A stretch of 64,000 bases of DNA from Chloroflexota bacterium (lineage in GTDB: Bacteria; Chloroflexota; Anaerolineae; Anaerolineales; E44-bin32). Each line of letters opens with the position of its first letter. Within the stretch, counting starts at the first letter, position 1. The position numbers were made by a program, and so were the translations under genes. The notes beneath the pieces are model-generated. The model ran no database searches and was not told where the DNA came from. It was given only the letters and a program-made list of their open reading frames with translations. Shown here in pieces: positions 46,094-55,721 of the stretch. The stretch lies in contig JAJRUD010000139.1 of NCBI GenBank assembly GCA_024277995.1, positions 2,194-66,193 on the forward strand. The letters are read 5' to 3'.

Positions 46094-48280
46094 TCACCCG
46101 TCCTCAAAGGGATCATCGTCGCGCCCGATGAGCACCTCGCGGGTGCGCCCGCCCGACTGGGCCCGGCCGATGATCCCCAATTCCTCCAGCTCGTCCATCA
46201 GGCGCGCCGCGCGCGGGTAGCCGATGCGCAGGCGTCGCTGCAGCATGGAGGCGCTGGCGTGGCGCGTGCGCTTGACCAGTTCGATGGCCTGCTCCAGGAT
46301 CTCATCGTGCTCCTCCAGAGCCTCCTGCCGCACGAGCATGGTTTCCCACGGGGACTCGCCGGATCCTTCCGGCGTTCCCATTGTCTGCCGCCAATAGTGA
46401 ATCAGGCGCTCGATCTCGGCATCGTCCACAAAGACACCCTGCAGGCGCTGCGGAGCGCCGGCTTCCGGAGCCAGATAGAGCATGTCGCCCTTGCCCACCA
46501 ACGTCTCCGCGCCCGGCGCATCCAGGATCACCCGTGAATCCACGCCGGAGGCCACCGCGAAGGATATGCGCGCCGGAAAGTTGGCCTTGATCAGGCCGGT
46601 CACCACGTCCGTGCTGGGGCGTTGCGTGGCGACGACCAGGTGGATCCCTGTGGCGCGCGCCATCTGGGCCAGCCGCACCAGGGTCTGCTCCGTCTGATCG
46701 GGGGCCATCATCATCAGGTCGGCCAGTTCGTCGATGAAGATCACGATGCGCGGCAGCGGCTCGGCACCTTTTCGCCGTCTCGCTTTGCGGTTATACACCT
46801 CCACGTCGCGCGCCTTGGCCTCTTCGAGCAGCTTGTAGCGGCGGTCCATCTCGGCCGTGCACCAGCGCAGCACACCCACGATGCGCTTCAGGTCCGTCTC
46901 GACCTTTCCCAGCAGATGGGGCAGCCCATTGAATCGCAGCAGCTCCACCATTTTAGGGTCGATCATCACCAGCCGCAGGTCATCGGGCGTGTTGTTGAAT
47001 GCCAGACACGTCGCCAGCGCGGCGATGCACACCGATTTCCCCGATCCCGTCGTTCCGGCCATCAACAGGTGGGGCATGGCCACCAGATCGGCCGTCACCG
47101 GTTCGCCGGCCACATCCCTGCCCAACGCGATGGCCAGCTGCGAACCCACCCGCTGAAAGGCCTCGCTCTCCAGGATCGTGCGCAAGCGGACGATGGAGGA
47201 GCGCTGGTTGGGCACCTCGATCCCAACGTAGGAGTGGCCAGGCACCGGCGCTTCAATCCGCAGGCGAGGCGCCGAGAGCGCCAGGGCGAGATCGTTGGCC
47301 AGGGCCGATATCTGCGCCACGCGCACTTTATGGCGCCTGACCTCTCCCTCCAGCCCCTGCTGCTCGATGTAGCCAGGCTCCACCTGATATTGGGTGACGG
47401 TCGGGCCGGTGCGGAAGCCCACCACATGCGCCGGAATGCCGAAATCGGCCAGCGTCTTCTCGATGATGCCCGCCGTCTGGTTGATCTCGCGCGCCGTGAC
47501 GCGAACGCCCTTATCACGCGCCAGCAAATCAAAGGGGGGCAGGCGCTCATCGCGCGTCAGCGGTCGATCGATCTTCTCTGTCGGCTGATCGGGCAGGCGA
47601 AAGTTCTTGCGAAACTCGCGCGGCAGGCGCCTGGAGGGCGACCTGCGATCCGCAGGCGGCGCCGGTCCTGCTGGGGGTGCCTGCGGCGCCTCTGAGCCGG
47701 CCGCCAGGGGCGGCGTCGACAGGTGCGCCAGGCCGGAGGGCGCACGGCGCCAGGGCACCAAGCGCAGGTTGCGCAGCGCCAGGTAGCCGAACAGCGCCAG
47801 CGTCGCCAACAGCAGCGGCACGCGACCGAAATTGCCGGCCCGTCCCAGAAAGGTTGCGATACCCCACCCGATGAGACCGCCCCCATGACCGGCCTCCGCC
47901 CTGGACAAAGACATGCCGTCGAGGATTGACAGCAGCGCCAGCATGGCCACAATAGCCAGCTCGGCGAAGACCACCCGGTGCCACGGCACGTCGCCGGGAC
48001 CTCCCTGGGCCCGTTTCCAGAAAATATAGGCCGCCGCGGCCAGCGAGACCGGCATCACGGGCGCGCCCCACCCCATCCAGCGCCAGAGCAGGGAGGACCA
48101 GGCATCGACCCATCGTCCCTGGGTGAAGCCGAAGAGGCCCAGCATCGTGAGCAGCGCAGCTGCGCCGAACACGATGACGCCCATATCGTCGGCGTATTCG
48201 AGGCCGCGCAGGAAGGCCCCGGCCGCGCGATCGATTATGGCCTGTTCCCAGGGATCTTTTCCCTCGCTTCGTCCAGCCAT
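46094..48280 (-). CDS. ftsK: DNA translocase FtsK/SpoIIIE
   Basis: 4 N-terminal TM helices, a Pro-rich linker, a motor domain with Walker A GTTGSGKS and Walker B IVIFIDELADL, and a C-terminal winged-helix gamma domain (ASMLQRRLRIGYPRAARLMDELE). The first ATG is at 48280; the tracked start 48331 is TTG. Confidence 0.93.
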   Translation of the reverse strand: MAGRSEGKDPWEQAIIDRAAGAFLRGLEYADDMGVIVFGAAALLTMLGLFGFTQGRWVDAWSSLLWRWMGWGAPVMPVSLAAAAYIFWKRAQGGPGDVPWHRVVFAELAIVAMLALLSILDGMSLSRAEAGHGGGLIGWGIATFLGRAGNFGRVPLLLATLALFGYLALRNLRLVPWRRAPSGLAHLSTPPLAAGSEAPQAPPAGPAPPADRRSPSRRLPREFRKNFRLPDQPTEKIDRPLTRDERLPPFDLLARDKGVRVTAREINQTAGIIEKTLADFGIPAHVVGFRTGPTVTQYQVEPGYIEQQGLEGEVRRHKVRVAQISALANDLALALSAPRLRIEAPVPGHSYVGIEVPNQRSSIVRLRTILESEAFQRVGSQLAIALGRDVAGEPVTADLVAMPHLLMAGTTGSGKSVCIAALATCLAFNNTPDDLRLVMIDPKMVELLRFNGLPHLLGKVETDLKRIVGVLRWCTAEMDRRYKLLEEAKARDVEVYNRKARRRKGAEPLPRIVIFIDELADLMMMAPDQTEQTLVRLAQMARATGIHLVVATQRPSTDVVTGLIKANFPARISFAVASGVDSRVILDAPGAETLVGKGDMLYLAPEAGAPQRLQGVFVDDAEIERLIHYWRQTMGTPEGSGESPWETMLVRQEALEEHDEILEQAIELVKRTRHASASMLQRRLRIGYPRAARLMDELEELGIIGRAQSGGRTREVLIGRDDDPFEDG

Positions 48281-48372
48281 CAGGTACTTACTCTCGCGCG
48301 CTTCACCCCAAAAAGGCAAGGCCGGGCGCAAGTCGCGACGGCGCCCGGCACATCGAATCCACGATGAACAAT

Positions 48373-49392
48373 CTAGAATGACGAGACGCGCTCACGCTCG
48401 TCCGAGGAAGGCTCGGCATCGCCTTCCAGGTCGCTCTGGGGCACATCACGCAACGTCAGACCCAACCGGCGGGCGGCCGCATCCAGATGCAGGATGCGCA
48501 CACGCACACGATCCCCCTCCCGCACTGCGGAGCGCGGGTGCAGCAGATGGCCGTCGCCGAGCTCGGAGACATGCACCAGTCCTTCCAGGCCCTCCTCCAA
48601 CCCCACGAAGGCCCCGAATTTGACCACGTTGGTGACTACGCCCTCGACGATGTCGCCGACATTGTAGCGTTCTTCCACGTCTCGCCATGGGTCGGGCATC
48701 AGTTCCTTGAGGCTGAGCGCCACGCGACACTGCTCGCTGTCGATGGAGAGCACGTGCACCTCGATTTCCTCGCCCCAGGTGACCACGTCCGACGGATGGC
48801 GCACGCGGCCCCACGAGAGCTCGGAGACATGGATCAGGCCCTCGACCCCTCCCAGGTCAACGAAAACCCCGAAACGTGTGATGTTGGTCACGCGACCGCG
48901 CACACGATCGCCCGGCTGCAGGCTGCTGAGTAGTTCCAGCCGTCGACCGGGCCCCGCCTGGGCGGCGCGCTCGGAAAGCACCAACCGTCCGCGCTCGGGA
49001 TCGTACTCTATGACCTTAAGGCAGATCGTGCGCCCGACGTGTTCCGCCAGCGCCGATTCGCGCGTGCTCTCGTCCAGCGTCGGATCCACGTCAACCAGGT
49101 GTGAGACCGGTACGAATCCGCGCAGGGTGCGGGCTTCGACCAGCAAGCCCCCGCGGTTATAGCCGACGACGGGCAATTCTACGGTTTCATCGTCCCTGTA
49201 GAGCTGTCGCGCCCAGATCCAATCCCGCGGCGATCCCGAACTGTTCTCGCGCCCCCCGCCAGAACCACGGCCTGGGCGGCGGACCGGCGGAGCACAACGC
49301 TCCTCATCCCGCAACACCGCCTCCCACCAGGCCTCATCGATCGGCGGCGGCCCCCCGCGCGTCCATTGCTCCGATCCATCTTCGTACATCAT
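48373..49392 (-). CDS. S1 RNA-binding domain protein (three to four S1 repeats)
   Basis: Repeated G..V.G.V..I..FG.FV.L.G..GL.H.SE units. Start at ATGATG 49392 with a GAGGTGG RBS. Confidence 0.85.
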   Translation of the reverse strand: MMYEDGSEQWTRGGPPPIDEAWWEAVLRDEERCAPPVRRPGRGSGGGRENSSGSPRDWIWARQLYRDDETVELPVVGYNRGGLLVEARTLRGFVPVSHLVDVDPTLDESTRESALAEHVGRTICLKVIEYDPERGRLVLSERAAQAGPGRRLELLSSLQPGDRVRGRVTNITRFGVFVDLGGVEGLIHVSELSWGRVRHPSDVVTWGEEIEVHVLSIDSEQCRVALSLKELMPDPWRDVEERYNVGDIVEGVVTNVVKFGAFVGLEEGLEGLVHVSELGDGHLLHPRSAVREGDRVRVRILHLDAAARRLGLTLRDVPQSDLEGDAEPSSDERERVSSF

Positions 49393-49479
49393 CGACCACC
49401 TCAGAAAATGACCCTTTTTGCGTCGACGCCCATGGCTAGGATACCCTAATCCCCGGAAAGTGCAAGCGGTCACATACGC

Positions 49480-50121
49480 TCAGCTCTCCTGCGTCGCGGC
49501 CCGTTCCGCGGCCTCACGCTCCATCTCGGCGATGGCGTTGGCCACAGCCTCGATGGCTACACGCTGCTTGCGGTACAGATCGGCCTCGGACATGGCCAGG
49601 CGCATGGCCACGTCCCGCACCTTGCGACCCTCGAGGAATTTCAGCTCGAGGATGTTGTACAGCATCCATTCGGCCGTAAAGCGCCTTTCCCCCTCCGGTC
49701 GCATGCGATCGATCCCCCTGCGCAGGATGGCGCGCAGCGCGTTCACCGGATTGCCGTCGTGCTCCTGCATGGCCTCCCGCACCACGCGCAAGCGCAACAG
49801 CGGGCTTTGCGTCAGGCGCGGCCCGCCCCAGTAATGCCCCAGCGCCTCACGCACCATCTGCGCCAGATCGGCATCGCCGGGCAATTCATCCAGCGAGCCA
49901 GTGAGCGCCGGAGACCCCACATAGCGCGCCATGGCTCGCATGCGCTGGATGGCTTCCACCTTCGGCACCAGGCGGTCCACCACTGCAAAAACATCGCGCT
50001 GCAGCAGCCGATCGGCCAGGGCCACCGCCGCGCGATCGGCCAGGGCGCTCACACCCTCTGCCTGCTCATCTCCGAGAGCAGGTCGGCTGTCGGTGCGGCG
50101 CAGCCCAAGCAGCCCGATCAC
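49480..50121 (-). CDS. C-terminal part (end of GAF domain + HTH, sigma-70 region-4-like) of a membrane sensor-regulator split by an in-frame TAG
   Basis: The ORF begins at GTG 50121, directly after the TAG at 50122-50124. IGLLGLRR...AEGVSALADRAAVALADRLL is the last strand and helix of a GAF fold. The C-terminal YNILELKFLEGRKVRDVAMRLAMSEADLYRKQRVAIEAVA is HTH-like. Confidence 0.6.
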   Translation of the reverse strand: MIGLLGLRRTDSRPALGDEQAEGVSALADRAAVALADRLLQRDVFAVVDRLVPKVEAIQRMRAMARYVGSPALTGSLDELPGDADLAQMVREALGHYWGGPRLTQSPLLRLRVVREAMQEHDGNPVNALRAILRRGIDRMRPEGERRFTAEWMLYNILELKFLEGRKVRDVAMRLAMSEADLYRKQRVAIEAVANAIAEMEREAAERAATQES

Positions 50122-51405
50122 CTAGTCCGAATCCGGCGAACGCAGCGGCAGCAGCCAGTAGGCATCCCACGCGAAGAGCGTGCCGAGCGCATCCACGTTG
50201 AGTTTCTCATCGGTCACGAGCAAGGGAGGCAACTCCTCCCCGCCGCGCAAGGGGTCGTCCGGGCCTACGCTGACCTCGAGCTCGAGGCCCTGGTCTCCCA
50301 ACGCCGCCACGAAGGCCGACGGCGCTTCTGTGATGTCGCAGACGGCGTTCAGCACCGCCTCCAGGAACTGTTTCAGGTCGCCGGTGGTGAGCAGGCGCTC
50401 CTCCAGGAGGTGCAGGCGGGCCATGTCTTCCCGGTCTTCTCCGTAGAAAAGCCAGCGCTCGATGGGCGGGCGGATTAGCGTGATCACGTATTGCAGCAGG
50501 AGGATGGTCGTCACCATGGCGAAGGGAACGGCCCGGCTGCGTTCCAACCCCAGCAGCAGGCCGACGCGGTTGACAACCACCGTGACGGCCAAGGTAGAGG
50601 AGGCCACGACCGGCCCGCGCAACAACCACTGGAAGAGCCTGCTCTTGATCACGCGATCCGGGATGCCGACGCCGAAGTAGGCCACGGCATAGGCCATCAT
50701 CACCAACAGGATGGCCACCAGCGTGTTCACAGCCGTCAGTGTGAACCAGAAGAGCAGCGAGGCTCTCGCGAGCGGGGTGTTGCCCAGGGCCATGAGAAAG
50801 GGGAAGGTACCCAGGACGGGGCCGAGCGATCCCAGCATCAGGTAGGCCATACGACGACGGCTGGTTCGGGTCAGGCAGCGGCGGTAGGCGCGCCCGTAAT
50901 TGAGCGCTGCGAAGCCCAGGGTGAAGGTGAAATAAAGCAGGAAAAGCGGGAAGAGGCGCCCCGGCTGCAGGTAGGCCGCCGCATCGGCCTGGGCCAGCGG
51001 GCCAGCCAGTTCGTCGCTCAGCGCCGCGACGAGCGCGCCGGCCCCGGCCACGACGTAGGCTATCCGCACCGCCAGGCGCCGCCGACCGCGCGATGGCCGC
51101 CCGGTGGCCGCCATCAAGGCATCGGAAAGCTGCAGGTATGCCGCGGGGAGAAAACTGATCCCCAGCCATTGCAGCCGCAGCCAGAGTTCAACCTCGTGTG
51201 GGTCATCCGTGGTCCCGCCCAACACGTCAAAGAAATAGGTGGCGGCGACGCACAGCAATACCAGGGCCAGCGCGCGCGCCACCCGTTCGCGCAGGTTGAA
51301 GGTCAACGCATAGAGCAGCAGCGAGAAGGCCGTGATGGCATTGCCCGCATTGAGGATCTGATTCAGCACCAGCAGGGTGCTCATCATTGCCTGAGAGAAG
51401 TCCAT
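50122..51405 (-). CDS. N-terminal part (about 8 TM helices + first two-thirds of a GAF domain) of the same split sensor-regulator
   Basis: 427 codons ending ...AYWLLPLRSPDSD-TAG. The ORF is in frame with 49480..50121 and contiguous with it (1926 nt total). Confidence 0.6.
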   Translation of the reverse strand: MDFSQAMMSTLLVLNQILNAGNAITAFSLLLYALTFNLRERVARALALVLLCVAATYFFDVLGGTTDDPHEVELWLRLQWLGISFLPAAYLQLSDALMAATGRPSRGRRRLAVRIAYVVAGAGALVAALSDELAGPLAQADAAAYLQPGRLFPLFLLYFTFTLGFAALNYGRAYRRCLTRTSRRRMAYLMLGSLGPVLGTFPFLMALGNTPLARASLLFWFTLTAVNTLVAILLVMMAYAVAYFGVGIPDRVIKSRLFQWLLRGPVVASSTLAVTVVVNRVGLLLGLERSRAVPFAMVTTILLLQYVITLIRPPIERWLFYGEDREDMARLHLLEERLLTTGDLKQFLEAVLNAVCDITEAPSAFVAALGDQGLELEVSVGPDDPLRGGEELPPLLVTDEKLNVDALGTLFAWDAYWLLPLRSPDSD

Positions 51406-51414
51406 GGCTGTCAG

Positions 51415-51963
51415 TCAGGTCAGGCTCAACGCGAAGAACAGCGCGATGTCCTGGTCGAGATAGTACTCGTCACTGAAGCCCACAAAGCGAAAGCCCAGCT
51501 TGCGGGCCAATGCGATGGCCGGGTAATTCTTGTGCTGCATTTCCATGAACACCCGCCCGTAGCCGCGCTCGCTGGCCCAGCCGCAGGCGGCGTGGATCAG
51601 GCGGCTGGCGATGCCCTGCCTTCTGAATCTGAGGGCCACCACCACGTCCGTGACCCAGGCGCTGCCTGGCGCAAGTCCGGCGCTCAGGCGCAGGTAACCG
51701 AGAGGGTCCTCGCCCCGCTCGGCGATCAGCAGCGCCTGCGCCTGCGTCCATTCGTCCGCCAGCCGCTCGGGGTCGCGCGGGTACGCGACGCGCATCGGTC
51801 GCGGCAGACGCACCTCGCGGAAAGTCACTGCCTTCTGGCGCCGCTCTTCCTGGAAGGCCATCTGCCACACGTGGTCCGTGCTGTAGCCGTGGTCGAGGGC
51901 GATGAGCCCAGGAACGTCACTGGAGATGGCCTGTCGAACGACGATCTCTTCCAGTTGCGACAA
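51415..51963 (-). CDS. GNAT family N-acetyltransferase
   Basis: 182-aa ORF. VVVALRFRRQGIASRLI is the acetyl-CoA binding motif; C-terminal ALARKLGFRF. TTG start with a GAGAGG RBS. Confidence 0.85.
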   Translation of the reverse strand: MSQLEEIVVRQAISSDVPGLIALDHGYSTDHVWQMAFQEERRQKAVTFREVRLPRPMRVAYPRDPERLADEWTQAQALLIAERGEDPLGYLRLSAGLAPGSAWVTDVVVALRFRRQGIASRLIHAACGWASERGYGRVFMEMQHKNYPAIALARKLGFRFVGFSDEYYLDQDIALFFALSLT

Positions 51964-52017
51964 TTCACGCCTCTCAATCGGATAGGGGACCCGCCGGGCG
52001 CTTCAGGCGCCCCCCTC

Positions 52018-52698
52018 TCATGGAGTTGGAAGGACGCGCACGCTGATCATGCACGGTTGCGGTGCATTGCCCACGGTATCGGTTACGACGAGACGGACAT
52101 CGTACTCACCGGGATTGACGAGCGTCGTATCCCATGAGCCAAGCTCATCATCGATCTTGGGCTCTATGTCGGCGAAAACTGCCCTCCAGGGCGCGTCCGG
52201 GCTGCGGTCCCGGTACTCGAACTTGTAGAAGGCGAAGCTCTCGATGTTCGCCGTGCCGCGCACCGTCACGACGCCCTCCAGGGTATCACCATCCGCGGGT
52301 TCGATGAGGGTAGCCAGCGGGTTGAGACAGCCATCAAGCCCCCCCTCGGAGAGCGGCATGGGCGTCGCCAGGGTCGACTCCCCCACCGGCGTGGACTGCG
52401 AGGGTGTGGTCAGCAGCGAGGCCGTCGGCACCGGCGTCGGTCGGCTGGAGGTCGGCAGTGCGGGACTGACGAAGGTTGTGAGCACGAACAATGTCACGAT
52501 GCCGCTCAGGACGAGCACCAACATCGCCCCTGAGCGAGTCAGGCGCGCCATGGCCCGCTCGCGCTCCAGGCCGAAGAGCGCGGCGCGATATTCCCCCAGC
52601 CACCTGACGCTCGTGCGGAGGTAAACCAGCCCTAAGAGAAACAGCCCCCCATAAATCCAACTCTGGTTTTCCTCGAGGAATAGCAGAATCTCTTCCAT
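52018..52698 (-). CDS. membrane-anchored protein with extracellular Ig-like/beta-sandwich domain, function unknown
   Basis: 226-aa ORF with two TM helices, a Pro/Thr/Ser linker, and a C-terminal beta-rich domain (GVVTVRGTANIESFAFYKFEYR...GEYDVRLVVTDTVGN). Confidence 0.6.
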   Translation of the reverse strand: MEEILLFLEENQSWIYGGLFLLGLVYLRTSVRWLGEYRAALFGLERERAMARLTRSGAMLVLVLSGIVTLFVLTTFVSPALPTSSRPTPVPTASLLTTPSQSTPVGESTLATPMPLSEGGLDGCLNPLATLIEPADGDTLEGVVTVRGTANIESFAFYKFEYRDRSPDAPWRAVFADIEPKIDDELGSWDTTLVNPGEYDVRLVVTDTVGNAPQPCMISVRVLPTP

Positions 52699-52710
52699 GT
52701 GCCCACCAGC

Positions 52711-53559
52711 TTACAGCCGGCGCAGCACCCCCTTGATCAATGCCGACAGCTTTGGAACGATCACTTTGCCCGCTTCCAGGACTTCCTCATGCGTGGTGAC
52801 GGTATCTCCATCCAGATTGGCCTTGTTGCTGATGCCGGACAATCCCAGGACGCGCATCCCGCCGTGGCGGGCGACGATCACCTCCGGCACCGTGGACATC
52901 CCGACGGCGTCCACGCCGATGGCTCGCAGGAAGCGCAGGTCGGCCGGGGATTCGAAATTGGGGCCTCCCAGACAGATGTATACGCCTTCGCGCAGCGTAA
53001 TCCCTTCTTCGCGGGCGACCTGCCGCACCAGCCTGAGCAACTCGCGATCGTAGGCCTGGCTCATATCCGGAAAACGTGGACCGAAGGCGTCAAGGTTCGG
53101 CCCGCGCAGTGGACTGTGCCCGGCCATGCCCATCAGGTTGACGTGGTCGGTGATGAGCATGACATCGCCAGGTACGAACTCGGGGTTCACGCCGCCTGCG
53201 GCGTTCGTGACGATCAAAGTTTCCACGCCCAGGCGCTGCATCACCCGCACGGGCAAGCCGACGCGCGGCATGGAATAGCCTTCATAATAGTGCACCCGGC
53301 CCTGCACGACGAAGACCGGTTGCCCTTCCAGCCGACCGAAAACCAGCACGCCGGCGTGGCCCTCCACCGTCGATGTGGGCCATCCCTCGACCTCCGAAGC
53401 CTGAATGCGCGTCGCCTCTGCAACGGCCTCCGCCAGCGGCCCAAGCCCGGATCCCAGGATGAGCCCAACGCGCGGCTGGACGGTTATTCGCCGCCGCAGG
53501 TCGCTGGCGACACGCTCGATTTCCTCCAGCGTCAAGAAAGCTTCGTTTCCGTTTGGCAT
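52711..53559 (-). CDS. purine nucleoside phosphorylase (trimeric PNP/PunA family)
   Basis: GLILGSGLG, GRVHYYEGY, VTNAAGG and GMSTVPEV are PNP family-2 motifs. I chose ATG 53559 because GTG 53580 would overlap the xer gene. Confidence 0.92.
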   Translation of the reverse strand: MPNGNEAFLTLEEIERVASDLRRRITVQPRVGLILGSGLGPLAEAVAEATRIQASEVEGWPTSTVEGHAGVLVFGRLEGQPVFVVQGRVHYYEGYSMPRVGLPVRVMQRLGVETLIVTNAAGGVNPEFVPGDVMLITDHVNLMGMAGHSPLRGPNLDAFGPRFPDMSQAYDRELLRLVRQVAREEGITLREGVYICLGGPNFESPADLRFLRAIGVDAVGMSTVPEVIVARHGGMRVLGLSGISNKANLDGDTVTTHEEVLEAGKVIVPKLSALIKGVLRRL

Positions 53560-53569
53560 GTAGGCGACC

Positions 53570-54433
53570 TCACCTCCCACTGCGATGACTGCGGATGGAG
53601 TTTGGGCTCGACAGCCCCAGCAGCCTCTGCACTTCGCGACGGCTGCGGCCTTCTTCCAGCAAATGGTGTGCCAGACTATGGCGCAACGTATGGGGTGACA
53701 CCTCTGACCCCAGGCCAGCGGCCTCGGACCAGCGTTTGACGACCAGCCACAGGCCCTGTCGGCTGAGCGCCCCGCCGCGCGGGTTCAGGAAGAGCGCCGT
53801 CGCGCGCGGCTGTTTGACGAGCTGCGGCCGCCCCTCGTCGAGATACCTCTTGAGCGGGCCCGCCGCCAGCCCCAGCGGAAGCGATCGCGGCTCCGTGCCG
53901 CTCACGTGCACCATCGCGTGCTGCAGGTCCACGTCGGCGACGGTCAGCCCGACGACTTCCGTTGCCCGCACCCCCGTGGCATAGAGCATCGCCAACAAGG
54001 CCGCATCGCGCAGCCCTCTGGCATTGGCCCGCACCATGGGAGCCGCCAGCAGCCGGGCCACCTCGGTCTGGCTCAAGATGAGCGGCGCGGCTTTGGGCGC
54101 CCGGGGGGGCCGCAGCGCCTCACCGACCTCCGGAATCGCTCGCCCTTCCACCTCTCTCAGATAGCCCAGAAATGCCCTCACAGCGGCGACCTTGCGTGAG
54201 ACGGTCGAGGGGCGGAACTCCTGATCCCCGAGCCAATCGCGAAAGTCCTGCAGCACCTGCTCCGTCAGTTCGCCAGGACCATCGACCCCCAGAACGCGCG
54301 CCCTGGCGGCGAATTGCTTCAGGTCGGTGCGATATGCCGAGACGGTGTTCTCCGCACCGTCGCGCGCGAAACGCAGGTGCGCGAGAAATCGCCTCATGGC
54401 TGCTTGCATGGAGGTCATCGCTCCTGGATCCAC
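53570..54433 (-). CDS. tyrosine site-specific recombinase, XerC/XerD-like
   Basis: 287-aa ORF with an N-terminal SAM-like domain (TVSAYRTDLKQF). The catalytic region has ATGVRATEV (Arg), HTLRHSLAHHLL (H-x-x-R) and the C-terminal LLGLSSPNSIRSHRSGR, where I do not see the usual terminal Tyr motif clearly. The start is ambiguous (GTG 54433 or ATG 54418). Confidence 0.85.
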   Translation of the reverse strand: MDPGAMTSMQAAMRRFLAHLRFARDGAENTVSAYRTDLKQFAARARVLGVDGPGELTEQVLQDFRDWLGDQEFRPSTVSRKVAAVRAFLGYLREVEGRAIPEVGEALRPPRAPKAAPLILSQTEVARLLAAPMVRANARGLRDAALLAMLYATGVRATEVVGLTVADVDLQHAMVHVSGTEPRSLPLGLAAGPLKRYLDEGRPQLVKQPRATALFLNPRGGALSRQGLWLVVKRWSEAAGLGSEVSPHTLRHSLAHHLLEEGRSRREVQRLLGLSSPNSIRSHRSGR

Positions 54434-54520
54434 GAAACGGGGGCATTATACCATCGGCGCCCATTAACTTACCATAACTGCCATTGGCACCGGCGGGCCG
54501 CAGGGCGATCGATGGGCTCA

Positions 54521-55501
54521 TCAGGCCTCCCGCCAGGCCCCGGCCTCGGAAAGCCTTTCCCGCTCCGCGGCACTCAACGCGAGGTCAACGGCGCCCAGGT
54601 TGTCCCGCAGCTGCTCCAGATTGCGCGGGCCGATGATGGGACTGGTGATGGACTCCCGCTGCAAGAGCCACGCCAAAGCGATCTGAGAGGTCGTCGCGCC
54701 GCGTGACCGAGCGACCTCCTGCAGGACGTCCAGGACCTGCCAGCTGCGCGAGGCCTGCATGTACGCTTTCAGGCGGCCGCTGCTCTCGCCGCGGCTCCCC
54801 GCGGGAGGGGCCTCGCCCCGTCTGTACTTCCCGCTCAGGAAGCCTCCCGCAAGCGGGCTGTAGGGGATGACCCCCAGGCCATATTCCAGGCAAACCGCTT
54901 CCAATTCGCGCTCGTATTCCGCTCGATGGATCAGGTTGTAATGAGGCTGCAGGCTCACAAATGCGGTAAGGCCCCGGCGGTCTGCCGTCCACAACGCCTG
55001 CATCAGGCGCCATGCCGGGAAGTTCGAACAGCCCACGTAGCGCACTTTCCCCTGGTGGACCAGGTCGTCCAGAGCCCGCAGGGTCTCCTCGATGGGCGTC
55101 TCGTCGTCCGGCCAGTGCAGTTGGTACAGGTCGATGTAATCCGTGCCCAACCTGCGCAGCGAGGCTTCCACAGCCAGGAGGATGCGGCGCCGCGAGAGAC
55201 CCTGATCGTTGACCGCCTCCCCCATGGGGCCGCGCACCTTGGTGGCGATCACCACCTGTTCCCTCCTGGCCACCCCTTTCTTGAGCCAGTTGCCGATGAT
55301 GCGCTCCGCCACTCCGCCGGCGTTCCCCTCCACCCAACGCGAGTAGATGTCGGCGGTGTCGATGAACTGAATTCCGGCTTCGAAGGCTGCCGTGAGCACA
55401 TCGTGCGAGGTCGCCTCATCCGCGGTCCAACCGAACTGCATGCTGCCCAAGCACAGCGCGGACACTTTGAGGCCGCAGCTTCCCAGATTGCGGTATTCCA
55501 T
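54521..55501 (-). CDS. aldo/keto reductase
   Basis: 326-aa [40 protein letters not shown], and the C-terminal [10 protein letters not shown]. Confidence 0.93.
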   Translation of the reverse strand: MEYRNLGSCGLKVSALCLGSMQFGWTADEATSHDVLTAAFEAGIQFIDTADIYSRWVEGNAGGVAERIIGNWLKKGVARREQVVIATKVRGPMGEAVNDQGLSRRRILLAVEASLRRLGTDYIDLYQLHWPDDETPIEETLRALDDLVHQGKVRYVGCSNFPAWRLMQALWTADRRGLTAFVSLQPHYNLIHRAEYERELEAVCLEYGLGVIPYSPLAGGFLSGKYRRGEAPPAGSRGESSGRLKAYMQASRSWQVLDVLQEVARSRGATTSQIALAWLLQRESITSPIIGPRNLEQLRDNLGAVDLALSAAERERLSEAGAWREA

Positions 55502-55721
55502 GAATGACCCTCCACGTCGTCCACCCGGACTTTACCACGCGACCCAAAGGACGGTGCAGATCGTATCGCCATACTGCAATTCAGGAGCGGTGCTCACACG
55601 CGCCGCCCTCCCGGAGAGCGACATGGTGCATGAGGGGTTTCGTGATCGCCCCCGACATGCGCTATCGGTGATACCATTGGTATCTGCCTGCAGGTTGTCC
55701 AGGCGCGGGAGGTAGCCCGAC

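Noticed and set aside
53570-54433. Tyrosine recombinase as a marker of an integrated mobile element or prophage.
   Set aside because: It has a Xer-type N-terminal domain and is sandwiched between PNP and an aldo/keto reductase. There are no phage, transposase or plasmid genes, no tRNA target, and no flanking direct repeats that I could see. Its terminal motif is somewhat atypical, so the housekeeping role is probable but not certain.
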